In this document: positions 38,753 to 54,935 of the stretch, one piece after another
How the letters are laid out: each line of letters starts with the position of its first letter
How positions within the stretch are numbered: the stretch's first letter is position 1
NCBI RefSeq assembly: GCF_009914755.1
Contig: NC_060927.1
Reading direction: 5' to 3' (one strand)
Source of the DNA: the human T2T-CHM13v2.0 reference genome, Homo sapiens
DNA: 64,000 bases
Notes under the pieces: generated by a model
What the model was told of the DNA's origin: nothing
What the model saw: only the letters and a program-made list of their open reading frames with translations
Database searches by the model: none
Translations under genes and position numbers: made by a program

Positions 38753-41700
38753 CTTTTTTTTTTTTTATTATACTTTAAGTTCTGGGATACATGTGCAGAA
38801 TGTGCAGGTTTGGAACATAGATATACACGTGCCATAGTGGTTTGCTGCACCCATCAATCGGTCATCTATATTAGATATTTCTCCTAATGTTATCCCTCCC
38901 CTAGTTCCCTACCCACCAAAGGGCCCAGTGTGTGATGTTCCCCTCCCTGTGTCCATGTGTTCTCTTTTTTCATCTCCCACTTATGAGTGAGAACATGCAG
39001 TGTTTGATTTTCTGTTCCTGTGTTAGCTTGCTGAGAATGATGGTTTCCAGCTTCATCCATGTCCCTGCAAAGGACATGAGCTCATCCTTTTTTATGGCTG
39101 CATAGTATTCCATGGTGTATATGTGCCACATTTTCTTTATCCAGTCTATCACTGATGAGCATTTGGGTTGATTCCAAGTCTTTGTTGTTGTGAACAGTGT
39201 TGCAGTAAATGGGTGTGTGTCTTTGTAGAATGATTTATAATCCTTTGGGTATATACCCAGTGATGGGATTGCTGGATCAAATGGTATTTCTGGTTCTAGA
39301 TCCTTGAGGAATTGCCACACTGTCTTCCACAATGGGTGATCTAATTTACACTCCCACCAACAGTGTAAAAGCCTTCCTATTTGCCCACATCCTCTCCAGC
39401 ATCTGTTGTTTCCTGACTTTTTAATGATCGCCATTTTAACTGGCGTGAGATGGTATCTCACTGTGGTTTTGATTTGCATTTCTCTAATGACCAGTGATGA
39501 TGAGCTTTTTTTCATATGTTTGTTGGCCACATAAATGTCTTCTTTTGAGAAGTGTCTGTTTATATCCTTTGCCCACTTTTTGATGGGGTTGTTTGTTTTT
39601 TTTTCTCGTAAATTTGTTTAGGTTCTTTGTAGATTCTGGATATTAGCCCTTCGGCAGATGAGTAGATTGCAAAAAGGTTCTCCCATTCTGTAGGTTGTCT
39701 GTTCACTCTGATGATAGTTTCTTTTGCTGTTTAGAAACTCTTTAGTTTAATTAGATCCCATTTGTCAATTTTGACATTTGTTGCCATTGCTTTTGGTGTT
39801 TTAGTCATGAAGTCTTTGCCCATGCCTATGTCCTGAATGGTATAGCCTAGGTTTTCTTCTGGGGTTTTCATAGTTAGAGGTTTTATGTTTAAGTCTTTAA
39901 TCCATCTTGAGTTCGTTTTTGTACAAGGTCTAAGGAAGGGTTCAGTATCAGTTTTCTGCATATAGCTAGCCAGTTTTCCCAACACCATTTATTAAATAGG
40001 GAATACATCCCCCATTGCTTGTATTTGTCGGGTTCGTCAAAGATCAGATGGTTGTAGATGTGTGGCATTATTTCTGAGGCCTCTGTTCTGTTTCATTGGT
40101 CTATATATCTGTTTTGGTACCAGTACCATGCTGTTTTGGTTACTGTAGCATTGTAGTAGAGTTTGAAGTCAGGTAGCGTAATACCTCCAGCTTTGTTCTT
40201 TTTGCTTAGAATTGTCTTGACTATGCGGGCTCTTTTTTGGTTCCATATGAAATTTAAAGTAGTTTTTTCTAGTTCTGTGAAGAAAGTCAATGGTTGCTTG
40301 ATGGGGATAGCACTGAATCTATAACTTACTTTGGGCAGTATGGCCATTTTGATGATATTGATTCTTCCTATCCGTGGGCATGATATGTTTTTCCATTTGT
40401 TTGTGTCGTCTCTTATTTCCTTGAGCTGTGGTTTGTAGTTCTCCTTGAAGAGGTCCTTCACATACCATGTAAGTTTTATTCCTGGGTACTTTATTCTCTT
40501 TGTAGCAATTGTGAATGGAAGTTCACTCATGATTTGGCTCTCTGTTTGCCTATTATTGGTGTATACAAATGCTTGTGATTTTTGCACACTGCTTTTGTAT
40601 CCTGAGATTTTGCTGAAGTTGCTTATCAACTTGAGATTTTGGGCCGAAATGGTGGGGTATTCTAAATACACAATCATATCATCTGCAAGCAGAGACAATT
40701 TGACTTCCTGTCTTCCTATTTGAAAACTCTTTATTTCGTTCTCCTGCCTGATGACCCTGGCTAGAACTTCCAATATATGGTGAATAGGAGTGGTGAGAGA
40801 GGGCATCCTTTTCTTGTGCCAGTTTTCAAAGGGAATGCTTCCAGTTCTTGCCCATTTAGTATGATATCGGCTGTGAGTTTCTTGTAAATAACTATTATTA
40901 TTTTGAGATATGTTCCATCAATACCTAGTTTACTGACAGTTTTTAGCATGAAGCTGTGTTGAATTTTATCAAAGGCGTTTTCTGCGTCTATTGAGATAAT
41001 CATGTGATTTTTGTCATCAGTTTTGTTTATGTGATGGATTATGTTTATTGATTTGCATATGTTGAACCAGCCTTGCATCCCAGGGATTAAGCTGACTTGA
41101 TTGTGGAGGATAAACTTTTTGATGTGCTGCTGGATTCGGTTTGCCAGTATTTTATTGAGGATTTTTGCATCGATGTTCATCAGGGATATTGGCCTGAAAT
41201 TTTCCTTTTTTGTTGTGTCTCTTCCAGGTTTTGGTATCAGAATGATGCTGGCCTCATAAAATGAGTTAGGGAGGAGTCCCTCTTTTTCTATTGTTTGAAA
41301 TCATTTCAGGAGGAATGGTACCAGCTCCTCTTTTTACTTCTGGTAGAATTTGGCTGTGAATCCATCTGGTCCTGGGCTTTTTTTGGCTGGTAGGCTATTA
41401 ATTACTGCCTCAATTTCAGAACTTGTTATTGGTCTATTCAAGAATTTGACTTCTTCCTAGTTTAGTCTTGGGAGGGTGTATGTGTTGAGGAATTTATCCA
41501 TTTCTGCTAGATTTTCTAGTTTATTTTCATAGAGGTGTTTATAGTATTCTCTGATGGTAGTTTGTATTTCTGTGGGATCAGTAGTCATCTTCCCTTTATC
41601 ATTTCTTAATGTGTCTATTTGATTCTTCTCTCTTTTCTTCTTTATTAGTCTGGCTAACAGTCTATCTATTTTGTTAATCTTTTCAAAAAACCAGCTCATG

Positions 41701-44248
41701 GATGCATTTACGTTTTCGAAGGGTTTTTCATGTCCCTGTCTTCTTCAATTCTGCTCTGATCTTAGTTATTTCTTATCTTCTGCTAGCTTTTGAATTTGTT
41801 TGCTCTTGCTTCTCTAGTTCTTTTAATTGTGATGTTAGGGTGTCAATTTTAGATCTTTCCCACTTTCTACTGTGGGCATTTAATGCTATAAATTTCCCTC
41901 TAAAAACTGCTTTAGCTATGTCCCAGAGATTCTGGTACATTGTATCTTTGTTCTCATTGGTTTCAAAGAACTCATTTATTTCTGCCTTAATTTTGTTTTT
42001 TACCCAGTAGTCATTCAGAAGAAGGTTGTTCAGTTTCCATGCAGTTGTGCTGTTTTGAGGGAGTTTCTTAATCATGAGTTCTAATTTGATTGCACTGTGG
42101 TTTGAGAGATGGTTTGTTGTGATTTCTGCTCTTTTGGATTTTTCTGAGGAGTGTTTTATTTCTAATTGTGTGGTCAATTTTATAATAAGCACAATGTGGT
42201 ACTGAGAAGAATGTATATTCTGCTGATTAGGGGTGGAGAGTTCTATAGATGTCTATTAGGTCTGCTTGGTCCAGAGCTGAGTTCAAGTCCTGAATATCCT
42301 TGTTAATTTTCTGTCTCATTGATCTGTCTAATATTGACAGTGGGGTGTTAAAGTCTCCCACTATTATTGTGTGGGAGTCCAAGTCTCTCTGTAGATCTCT
42401 AAGAACTTGCTTTATGAATCTGGGTGCCCTTGTATTGGGTGCATATATATTTAGAATAGTTAGACCTTCTTGTTGCATTGATCCCTTTACCATTATGTAA
42501 TGCCCTTCTTTGTCTCTTTTGATCTTTGTTGGCTTAAAGTCTGTTTTATCTGAGACTAGGATTGCAACCCCTGGGTTTTGTTTGTTTGTTTGTTTTCTTT
42601 ATATTTGCTTGGTAAATCTTCCCTCATCCCTTTATTTTGAGCCTATGTTGTGTCTTTGGACGTGAGATGAGTCTCCTGAATACAGCACACTGATGAATCT
42701 TGACTCTTTATCCCATTTGCCAGTCTGTGTCTTTTAACTGGGGCATTTAGCCCATTTACATTTAAGGTTAATATTGTTATGTGTGAATTTGATCCTGTCA
42801 TTATGATCCTAGGTGGTTGTTTTGCCTGTTAGTTGGTGCAGTATCTTCATAATGTCGATGGTCTTTACAATTTGATATGTTTTTGCAGTGGCTGGTACCA
42901 GTTTTTCCTTTCCATATTTAGTGCGATGATCTTACAATTTGGTATGTTTTTGCACTGGCTGATACTGGTTTTTCCTTTCCATATCTTGTGCTTCTTTCAA
43001 TAGCTCTTGTAAGGCAGGCCTGCTGGTGACAAAATGTCTCAGCATTTGCTTCTCTGTGAAGGATTTTATTTTTCCTTCGCTTACGAAGCTTAGTTTTGCT
43101 GGATATGAAATTCTGGGTTGAAAATTCTTTTCTTTAAGAATGTTGAATATTGGCCCTCCTCTGTTCTGGCTTGTAGGGTTTCTGCAGAGAGATCCGCTGT
43201 TAGTCTGATGGGCTTCCCTTTGTGGGTAACCTGACCTTTCTCCCTGGCTTCCGTTAACATTTTTTCCTTCATTTCAACCTTGGTGAATCTGATGATTATG
43301 TGTCTTGGAGTTGCTCTTCTTGAGGAGTGTCTTTGTAGTGTTCTCTGTATTTCCTGAATTTGAATGTTGGCCTGTCTTGCTACATTGGGGAAGTTTTCCA
43401 GGATAATATCCTGAAAAGTGTTTTCCAACTTGGTTCCATTCTCCCCGTCACTTTCAGGTACACCAATCCAACGTAGGTTTGGTCTTTTCACATAGTCCCA
43501 TATTTCTTGGAGGCTTTGCTCAGAGAGGAGGAACTCAGAGAGGCAGTCTGGCTATAGCAGATTTGCTGAGCTGTTGTGGGCTCTGCCCAGTTCAAAATTT
43601 TTGGCAGCTCCTTTACTCAAGCCTCAGTAATGTTGGACGCCCCACCCCCAACCACGCTTGAGCATCCCAGGGCGACTTCAGACTGTTGTGCCTGCAGTGA
43701 GAATTTCAAGCCTGTGAATCTTAGCTTGCTAGGCTCCATGGGGGTGGGATCTGCTGAGCTAGACCACTTGGCTCCCTGGCTTCATCCCCCTTTCCAGGCG
43801 AGTGAAAAGTTCTGTCTCACTGGCATTCCTGGCACCACTGGGGTATGAAAAAAAAACTCCTGCAGCTAGCTTCCTGTCTGACCAAACTGTTGCCCAGTTT
43901 TGTGCTTGAAACCCAGGGCCCTGGTGGCATAGGCACCTGAGAGAATCTCCTGGTCTGTGAGTTGCAAAGATCGTGGGAAAAGCATAGTATCTGCGCCAGA
44001 GTGCACAGTTCCTCAAGGCACATTCTGTCATGGCTTCCCTTGGCTAGGGGAGGGTGTTCCCTGACCCCTTGCACTTCCCAGGTGAAGTGACACCCCACCC
44101 TGCTTTGGCTCACCCTCCATGGGCTGCACCCACTGTCTAACCCGTCCCGATGAGATGAGCCAGATACCTCAGTTGGAAATGCAGAAATCACCCGTCTTCT
44201 GCATTGATCTCACCGGGAGCTGTAGACCACAGCTATTCCTATTTGGCC
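38753..44248 (-). mobile_element. Near-full-length L1PA (PA7/8-like), inactive, with an internal deletion of ORF1 5' half and part of the 5'UTR
   Basis: Continuous ORF2/ORF1 peptides in the ORF track, broken by stops and frameshifts; 5'UTR reaches 'cctatttggcc'; deletion junction near 43520. Confidence 0.96.
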
Positions 44249-44543
<295 letters not shown>

Positions 44544-45682
44544 AAATGTTGATTTTTTTAATACCATTTTATAATAAAAGGAACAAGGACTCCCTGGAGA
44601 AACAGCTGATACTAAGGCAGGAGTAGAAAATATACAAGATAATCCTGGAAAATCTTGTAGGGCCAGAAAGTAAACAAGTGCATTAAAAATAAGTCACATT
44701 GGTAATAATATGTCAAAGGAACAAGGGAGTCTACTGAAAGAGCTCCCAAAGGCCAAAGCTGGAAGAAGTAGAGCAAGAAAGTAAACTAGCTTTGAATTAT
44801 AACCCAAAATATAAAGTAAATATCCATAAGTCTCTACTGATATAAAGCACAATTGAATAATAACTGGGAGAGGGAGGGAGAATAAATAAGTTCTACGTAA
44901 AAGAATTTCTTATAAATTTTGTAGATATGACTTTCTAAACAAATTCTCATTCTTAAGAATTCATAGTGACTTCCTTCCAAAAATTACAATATGGAAAACT
45001 GATAAAAAATGAGTAACTCTACAGTGGAGGAATCTGACACATACTACATCAGCCAGGTTATTGAGGTCAACATCAACAGCCATAAATCATGTGAACAGTA
45101 TGTACACTTGGTATGATGTAACGAATAGCACTTCACTTCTGTGGTCTTTCTCCCCAGGCTCATTATCTCAGTATAATCATGAAAAAAAAAAAAAAAAAAC
45201 CCAGCAAAGTCCAATAGAGGAATATTCTACAAAATACCTCACTATACTCTTTAAAAGAGTTAAGGTCATTAAAATGGAGTCGGAGACAATGTCCTCAACA
45301 TGAGGAGTCTAAAGAGACAGGCCAACTAAATTTAGTATGGTATACTGGATGAATTCCTGGAACAGAAAAAAGGTTATTAGGTAACAACTCAGGAAATCTG
45401 AATAAAGAAAGAAATCAGTTAATAACAATGTATCAGTATTGCTTTATTAATTATGACAAAAGTACCATACTAGTGAAAGATGAATAATCGGAGTAACTGT
45501 GTGCAAAGACTGGGTAGAGGGGTTATTATTAAAATTTTCAGTACCAGCTGCTCAATTTTCCTATAAACCTAAAATTGCTTTTAAAAATAAAATTTGTTAA
45601 TACAAAATGTAATGTATTATCATTGAGAAAATTTGATACATAAAAGTATTAATTTATGGTATAGCTCCGAAGTATAATTTAC

Positions 45683-45992
45683 GTTTTGGTTGTTATTTTA
45701 TAAAATCATTAATTTCAGGGCTTCTTTAAAGATGAACTGCCCCAGTTAGCACATCCACAATGTGATTTTATTTACAAATTTTTTTTGCAATTATATAATT
45801 CTATAGTGTTATAACTGTGGGGCGAATTGAGACCTTCCTGAATGGAAATGATTGACATAGAATTTTTCAATAGAATCCAGCTATGGATTTTTTGTATATA
45901 TGACGTTTAGAGGAATCAATTTATTGGAAGTTTACACATCTCTCCATCCTTGTAGGTCATCATGATCAGTGACAATTATATGTACACTGAAT
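45683..45992 (-). pseudogene. Candidate ~310-nt cadherin-repeat exon remnant
   Basis: ttattttataacag|A...AAAAC|gtaaat; FSVHIIVTDHDDL ... (other frame) HIYKKSI..VSIRPTVI..NYII..HIVDVLTGAVHL*RSPEINDF; multiple stops and frameshifts. Confidence 0.45.
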
Positions 45993-46289
45993 CTGTTATA
46001 AAATAAATCATTATTTTTTAAAGTAGTGATATAAACTTAAATCCTGACCTGTTAATGCATTAAAAGTGAATTATGTAAATTGCTTAATTTCTATATATTT
46101 TTCTTATCTTTAAAGTAGGTGATTAAGAATACTCACTTCTGCTTTTCTTTTAGTATAAATTAAGACAATCAGTGTAAAACTCTTAGCACCAATCTTAGCA
46201 TATTTTAATATTAGCTGTTGATATTATTATTGTCTTGCAGTGCCTACAACATGTAATGATTAAAAACAGCATAAGAGATTAATAATAAT

Positions 46290-46680
46290 TCACATTTGCA
46301 CAGAACCTTAGGGCTTTTAAAATACTTGATGCATGTGAAATCACTTAAAAACCCTCTAATGTTTTCTGCAAATATAGGAAGTTAATATTGTCTTGGGCTT
46401 TTCTGAAGCTCTCTCAAACCTCACAGTAGTTCTGTGAGGTCTTCAGGGAAAATATTTGACTTTATTTTATAGATGAGGAAACTGAGATTCAGAGGATATA
46501 CTAGGTCCATCACTTCCACCGATGATGCCATCTTGGAAAAATTATTTAACCTCTCTAAGTATCAGTTTCTTCATTTGTATAACAGTGTATACTGCCATTT
46601 ACTTCTAGGCTGGTCATTGAGTAAGCTAATGTACATTATGCAGTTAGCTTTATGCCTGATATTCTAAAAATGCTATAACT
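46290..46680. mobile_element. MIR fragments
   Basis: 'tttattttatagatgaggaaactgag' and 'ttatttaacctctctaagtatcagtttcttcatttgta'. Confidence 0.6.
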
Positions 46681-49600
46681 GTTTTTGTTGTGTGTCTTAT
46701 TGTCTGTTTTTCTATAGCTTCATTTAACCTCTCAGGGCAGTCATAGAGTTGGTGGATAATCAAAACAAGAATCACCATTTAATTTTTATCATTCAAGACT
46801 GAGTTTTGGCAGAGACTTACGGCTTCCAGATTGGGGTTTTATTTATTTGCTTGAGCATTTACTAAACAGTTTTAATAACCAAGCTCTGGATGAGGTAAAG
46901 TGGCCTATGGAAAGATAAATGCAACCTAAATTTGCCCTCAAGGAGATGATACAATGTATAAATAACTTAAAGACCAAGTAGGGAGAAGATGTAAAAAGTT
47001 TGCAGGAGCAGACTTTAAAACTTTAAGATCACTTTAAACTTGTAACAGAAAAGAAAGCAGGCAAGAGAAGGTGACATTTGAATGGGACCTTGAACAAGGA
47101 GTAGGAATTAGCATGGTGTATATTTGCATGCTGGGAATCTACATATTGGATGGCAGATTGCATTTCGTTCTTTCAATCATTATCAGTGGAATCATTCATA
47201 ACAAAAGTAGAGAGTCTGTTCTGCTAATACATGTGCTTCTGTAACACAAATTAGTTTCCATGCAGTTGTAAATAGGGAATGATATCAGTTAAACATAAAG
47301 TGATGCTGGAGTCATACTTGCTTTTTCTTAAATAGGCAAGTGAAGATGGAATGAAGGGAGTAGAATAACAACCTTTAGTGGGGGGAAAAAGCCTTTAGTA
47401 AGTTCTTCTGCTGGATATGCAAGAGACTTTTAAACTCCATTTTTAAGAAAATTAAAAATAAACAACTGTATCCAACTTCCTCCCCAAAGAGGTGCACCCC
47501 AACCTTGCAGAGCTCTTGCCTTGTAGCAGGTTGTACTTCTTCCCATGTTCACCTTAACAGCAGCCCGACTGGCTCAGAACTTCTATTCTATTTGCATTGT
47601 CTCAGAGCGCAAGAAAACATTTACATTTTATTGTTTCTTGTTCCTTTCTAGTTGCTGGAAGGCAGTTCAAGTAACTGCCTTAGTATCAATTGTTATTATT
47701 TCGAATTGGTTATGAAGTTGAATAAGTTTGGAGTATCCTTAACCATACTTTTTCTGTAAGTACTGTTATTTTTAAATATGTTATTTTGCAGAAGACAAAG
47801 TTTTTTTCAGAACACATGTATCATGTTACACCTTAGCCTTTGACAAAAGGGGGTCCTGGGCCCCTGGCTTTAGAAAACCCACCTCTGGCCCTCCTCAGGG
47901 TAAACAGTTCATGGGGGTAGGAGAATGTGCCTACAGGGAGCTCATGCATCCTTCTTCTAGAATATGTTTTTGGTGCCTAGACTTGAAATTCCCTGATTTC
48001 ACTTGCAGAGTCTGTGTGGGTTCTTTCTGATTCTCTCCTTCCAAGGGCAGATCATGCTGCCAGAATGGAAATCCCTGGATCTGAAGAATATTAAAGGGGC
48101 AGTTATTTGAAGTGAAATGGAGATGGTTGTATGTGAAAGAAAGGTGGGCAGGCCAGGGATTGAAGGATGGAAGATGACTCTCCCCATGCTATCATTTTCT
48201 CTTTCGGGGCTCCATAGACTTTGGGAATTCAGAATTCAAACCTGATGTCCCAGGTTTTTGTGAGGATATATTTGTCCATGTAGAAAGAAAGAATAAATTT
48301 ATTTCATAGTTAATGTGCGATATGAGATTTAAATGTCTATTTGAAATCTTACTGTGGACTCTGCCAATGTTAGAGGCAGGCCTGACTAACAATAAAAGTA
48401 CTCAGGCTAAATGAATTTTAGGATTTCTTTTCTTTTTCTGTAAAAAATGCCATTGAGATTTTGATAGGAATTGCATTAAATCTATAGGTTGCTTCGGGTA
48501 GTACGGCCATTTTAACAACATATGCCTTCCAATCCATGAACAGAGGCTGTTTTCCATTTATTTGTGTCTACTTTAATTTATCTCATCAATGTTTGGTAAT
48601 TTTCAGGTACAAGTCCTTTTTAGTTAAGTTTATTCCTAAGAATTTTATCTTTTTGATGATATTATAGATGAAATTATTTTCTTAATTTCCTTTTGGGATA
48701 GTTTATTGTTTGTGTATAGAAATGCAACATTTTTGTATGTTAATTTTGCACCCTGCAACTTTATTGTTTATTAGTTCTAATTTTTTTTTTTGGTGGAGAC
48801 TTTCTATATATAACATCATGCCATCTGCAAAGAGAGATCATTTACCTCTTTTTTCTGATCCTTTTTCTTTCTTTCATTTTTCTCTTCCTGCCTAATTGCT
48901 CTGGCTTGGCAAACAAATGGCCAACAGGCATATGAAAAGATTTTCAACATTACTAATCATCGGTGAAATGCAAATCAAAGCCTTAATGTGATGTTAGGAA
49001 GTGTCAAAGACAAACAAACAATAAAACCCAAACCCAAAAGATCACAAGTGTTGGTAAAGATGTAGAGGAATTTGAACCTGTATACACTGTTGGTGGGAAT
49101 ATAAAACTGTGAAGCTGTTATGAAAAACATTATGAAGGTTTCTTAAAAAATTAAAAATAGAACTACCATATGATCCCACAATCTCATTTCTGGATATATA
49201 TCCAAAGGAAATGAAATCAGTATGTCAAGGAGGTATGTGCATTCCCATGCCTATTGCAGCATTATTCACGATAGTCAAGGCATGGAAACAACCTAAATGT
49301 TCATCAACAGGTAAATGGAAAAAGAAAATATGGTATATATGAAACTGCCCAATGGGTTCACTTTGCCTGTTGCCTAGACAGAGTCAACTTATCAAGACAG
49401 GGGAATTGCAATAGAGAAAAAGTAATTCACAAAGAGGCAGCTGTGTGGGAGACCGGAGTTCTTACGCAAATCAGTTTCCAGCATTAGGGGATCACAGTTT
49501 TTAAGGACAACTTGGTGGATGGGGGAAGCCAGTGAACCATCAGTGCTGATTAGTTGATTGATCAGGTCAGAGATGAAATCACAGGGAGTTGAAGCTGTCT

Positions 49601-49857
49601 TCTTGCACTGAGTCAGTTCTTGAGTGGGGGCCACAAGATCAGATACGCCAGCTTATCAATCTGGGTGGTGCCAGCTGATCCATCAAGTGCAGGGTCTGTA
49701 AAATATCTCAAGCACTGGTCTTAGGTTTTACACTAGTGATTTTATCCCCAGGAACAATTTGGGGAGGGTCAGAATCTTTTAGCTTCCAGCTGCATGACTC
49801 CTAAAGTATACTTTCTAATCCTGTGGCTAATTTGTTAGTCCTACTAAGGCAGTCTAG

Positions 49858-50303
<446 letters not shown>

Positions 50304-50306
50304 TAG

Positions 50307-50612
<306 letters not shown>

Positions 50613-51797
50613 CAAGACGGAGTTTGTTAAGTCAGATCTTTCACTGTCTCAGTCATAATTTTGCAATGGCAGTTAAGACATTATGCTAAATGAGATAAGC
50701 TAGTCACAGAGGGAAAAATATGGCTTGATTCCACTTATATGAGGTTTCTAAAATAGTCAAATGCATAGCAGCAGGGAGTAGAATAGTTGTTGCCAAGGGC
50801 TGGGGGGAAGGAGAAAATGGGGAGATGCTATTCAACAGGTATAAAGTTTCAGTTACGCAAGATGAATGAGTTCTAGAGATCTGGTGTATGATCCTGCAAC
50901 TGTAGTTAACAATATAGTGTTGTGTCACAATTTGGTTAAGAAGGTAGACCTTATGTTAAGTGTTCTTAGAACAATAATAATAATAATAATAACCATACTA
51001 AGAAATTGGACATTGGAGGCATAAACTTTCCATCTGGTTTGAATGAACCTCCAACTTAAGTAGTAATGTGTAATAGATTTAAGGAAAATGGTAATATAAA
51101 TTAGAATGGTTATTTTCAATGATTTATGAAGCCCTGTAGAGGAGGTTGTTATTATTATCATTGCCATTATTATGCTGCTAATGAGTAGCTTCGTCTTTAA
51201 CTACTCTGTGACCTTGGGCAATTTACTTCGCGTTTTGGGAAGAAGTTCTTACCTGCATAATATGAAGAGGCTGAAAGAAAAGAGTTTTCGGGTTTTCCCT
51301 CCAACACTTATGGTATTTTATTATCTTTTGCAAAAATGTGTTTTTTTCCCTGTCTGCCCCTTTTTATATCAGTAGGGTCTCCTTTATGAATTTTCATTCC
51401 CTATAGTTTTTCTTACTGCCTTAGTCCTTTTCTTCAAACTCAGTGCTATACAAACCAAATTTGCAATATATAAAGCTATCTCTAAGGACTCTACATAAAA
51501 CAATATTCAAGAGCTTTAAACTCAGAGTGACATTTAAGGATAGAAACAGCCAGATAAAAAGATAAGTTTCTGATTTACTCTAAAATGTATTCTCTGAATC
51601 TGCATTTCTGAAGTCTAGCAGAAATGGTTGCTTCAGTCATTATGCGTGGCAAGGTAAAAGCTCCAACGCCAGGAGAATTTAATCCAAGCTTTTCCTTGGT
51701 TCTGTGAGCTACAGAATTGTTTCTCCTTTCCTGATGATGAACTTTCCCGTGAATTCTCTTTCTTTGTGACTTACATATTCATGGCGACAGCCCTTAC

Positions 51798-51842
51798 CTT
51801 CCAGGTTAGCTAATGGCAAGAACGTGGTGACAGATTCTACTG
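51798..51842 (-). pseudogene. Candidate 45-nt exon (alternative donor extends it to 51775)
   Basis: Branch point and acceptor cactaacattcctcag|, donor GAAG|gtaagg (alt TAT|gtaagt); open as VESVTTFLPLANLE(GKGCRHEY). Confidence 0.45.
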
Positions 51843-52349
51843 CTGAGGAATGTTAGTGGGTTGGGTAGTGAAAGGTTATATTCAATCAATTCAGCAGAGG
51901 ATCTTGAGCAGCCAGAGTGCTGTTGACACTCAATTACATTAGGAAAAGAGACACGATCAACATAAGATTAAAATATAAGAAATATATCAAAATGAGAACA
52001 ATATAGGAGGGATCATGAAATCCACGAACAGAAATCATAAATTGTGTGTAGCGCTTTAACAGAAATGACGGAGGATTAAAAAAGGCTAGACTATGGCTCT
52101 TACTCTTGAGCTTCAAATTTAGCTGAGACGACTAGCCATTCATAAAATAATTAAAACAAAAAAAAAAGAAGTAATGTGTGATAAGGAGGAGTTTATAAAT
52201 TTGGTGAAGAAGTTGTACATTGTGGAAATTGTGGAACTGTACATCAGGGAAAGTGTAGAATTGTTCATTATGGAAAGAAACTTGGACTTGAAGAAAAATA
52301 ATTTCATCAAAATTTCTAACTAATCTTTCCCAGTATTAAACTGCCTTAT

Positions 52350-53450
<1,101 letters not shown>

Positions 53451-53751
53451 TAGTGTGTTTGGACATCATTTTGAAGAGACAAAATGTGAAGACAGTGTAA
53501 TCAAGAAGTATATATATTTCTTAAAACATTCAGATCTGGAGTTCATATAGCAAGTTTTCTTTGGTATGCAGTTTGGAGCCAAGACACACACCACTTCAGT
53601 TTATTTACGAACATTCAGTAGTGACCCATGTAGACTTGGTTGGAGTATGGTTGTTTTTGGTTTGCTTTGTTTTGTTTTTACAAGTACTCAAACTTTTATG
53701 ACAGATTAGTTGAGGCAGGCTTTGCCATTCTGTCTCTCTCTCTCTCTCTCA

Positions 53752-54930
53752 TTTTAATTAAACTTTTTTGTTTCAGATAAATATAGATTTACATGTAGTT
53801 TTAAGAAGTAATACAGAGATATCCTGTGTACCTTTTACTCAGTTTCTCTCAATGGCAACATCTTGCAGACTTATGGTATGATATTACAACCAGAATATTG
53901 ACACTGATACAATCAAGCTACAAAACAATTCCATAACCACAGTGAACTCTAGTTTTAGGTGCCCTTTTATAGCTGCATTGGATGCTGGATTTTTCTCAAC
54001 CCCTTTGATGGACTTGCGACAGGGGTGCCCCTTTACTGGGCTCACCACGCTCAACCCCTTTTAGGAGGGAGCACGTGAGCGAGCAAGTGCAGGATCCAGC
54101 CAGCCACCACTCTGGGCACTGGGAGGAGCAGGCTCTGTTTACTCAGAGCGAGCAAAGCCAGCCACTCGACTCCAGCAGAAACAAGTTCTATGTGGGGCCC
54201 ACAGTGGTGCCCAGGTGCAACCCCAAAGCCCCAGAGGGTGTGTTACAATGCTCTTAGCTCTGCTGTCTGCAGATGGTGCTGTGTTATCAGCTCCGTTGAC
54301 CCCTTGCCTCATCATGTGGGGTGGCTGCCCTCCCCTGGTAAGGGCAAAGAGCCAGTATGACAGGTTTTTTTGAGTACCCACACTCAGTGGGTCCTGAGCT
54401 CTCGTCCGGCATCCAAGAAGAATGAGATCGTGTGGACACTTGAAGGATGGCGAAGGTGGAGAATTTTATTTAGCAATGGAAATGGCTCTTAGTGGAGAGG
54501 GGAGCTGGAGAGAGGGTGGGCCTGTCAGGTAGTCTTCTCCCGAAGTCCAGCCATCTCTTCCCCGAAGTCCGGCTGGCTCTCCTCTGAAGTCCAGCTGTCT
54601 CCCGGAAGCCAAGTTGCCTCGCTCCAGTCAAGCCACCCTCTATCCTCTTTTGACTGAGTCTCAGGTCTTTATAGGCACAGAATAGTGGGGGAGGTAGGCC
54701 ATAGGTAGTTTAGGAAAAGGCAACATTGGATTGGCAAAAAGGCATTATTCAGAAAGAGCCAATTGGGAGAGAGTGGGCAAGCAGGATTAGTTCTCACCTT
54801 GGGCTGGGGGTTTCAGGCTGTTTGCCTTCAAGGTGGGGCTTCACTGGGGATCTGCCCCTGTCTGCCTAATGCCTCTATCACGTCTACTTCCCTTTCCCCT
54901 CTCCCTGTCCTTAAACCTTGACAACTATAG
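53752..54930 (-). mobile_element. L1MC/MD 3' end split by an LTR
   Basis: 'aatacagagatatcctgtgtaccttttactcagtttctctcaatggcaacatcttgca'; resumes at 54881. Confidence 0.75.
53979..54880 (-). mobile_element. ERV1 solo LTR (MER52/LTR27-28-like)
   Basis: TG...CA termini; 'gagggagcacgtgagcgagcaagtgc'; minus-strand TATAAA (~54668) and AATAAA-type signal (~54465). Confidence 0.75.
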
Positions 54931-54935
54931 CCTCT

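Noticed and set aside
38970-43491. Long ORFs with RT/endonuclease/ORF1 similarity (also 55268-59578)
   Set aside because: Fragments of inactivated L1PA elements, not host genes and not retrotransposition-competent
47990-48090. Minus acceptor ttcttcag with open frame IQGFPFWQHDLPLEGENQKEPTQTL
   Set aside because: No convincing donor and no family motif
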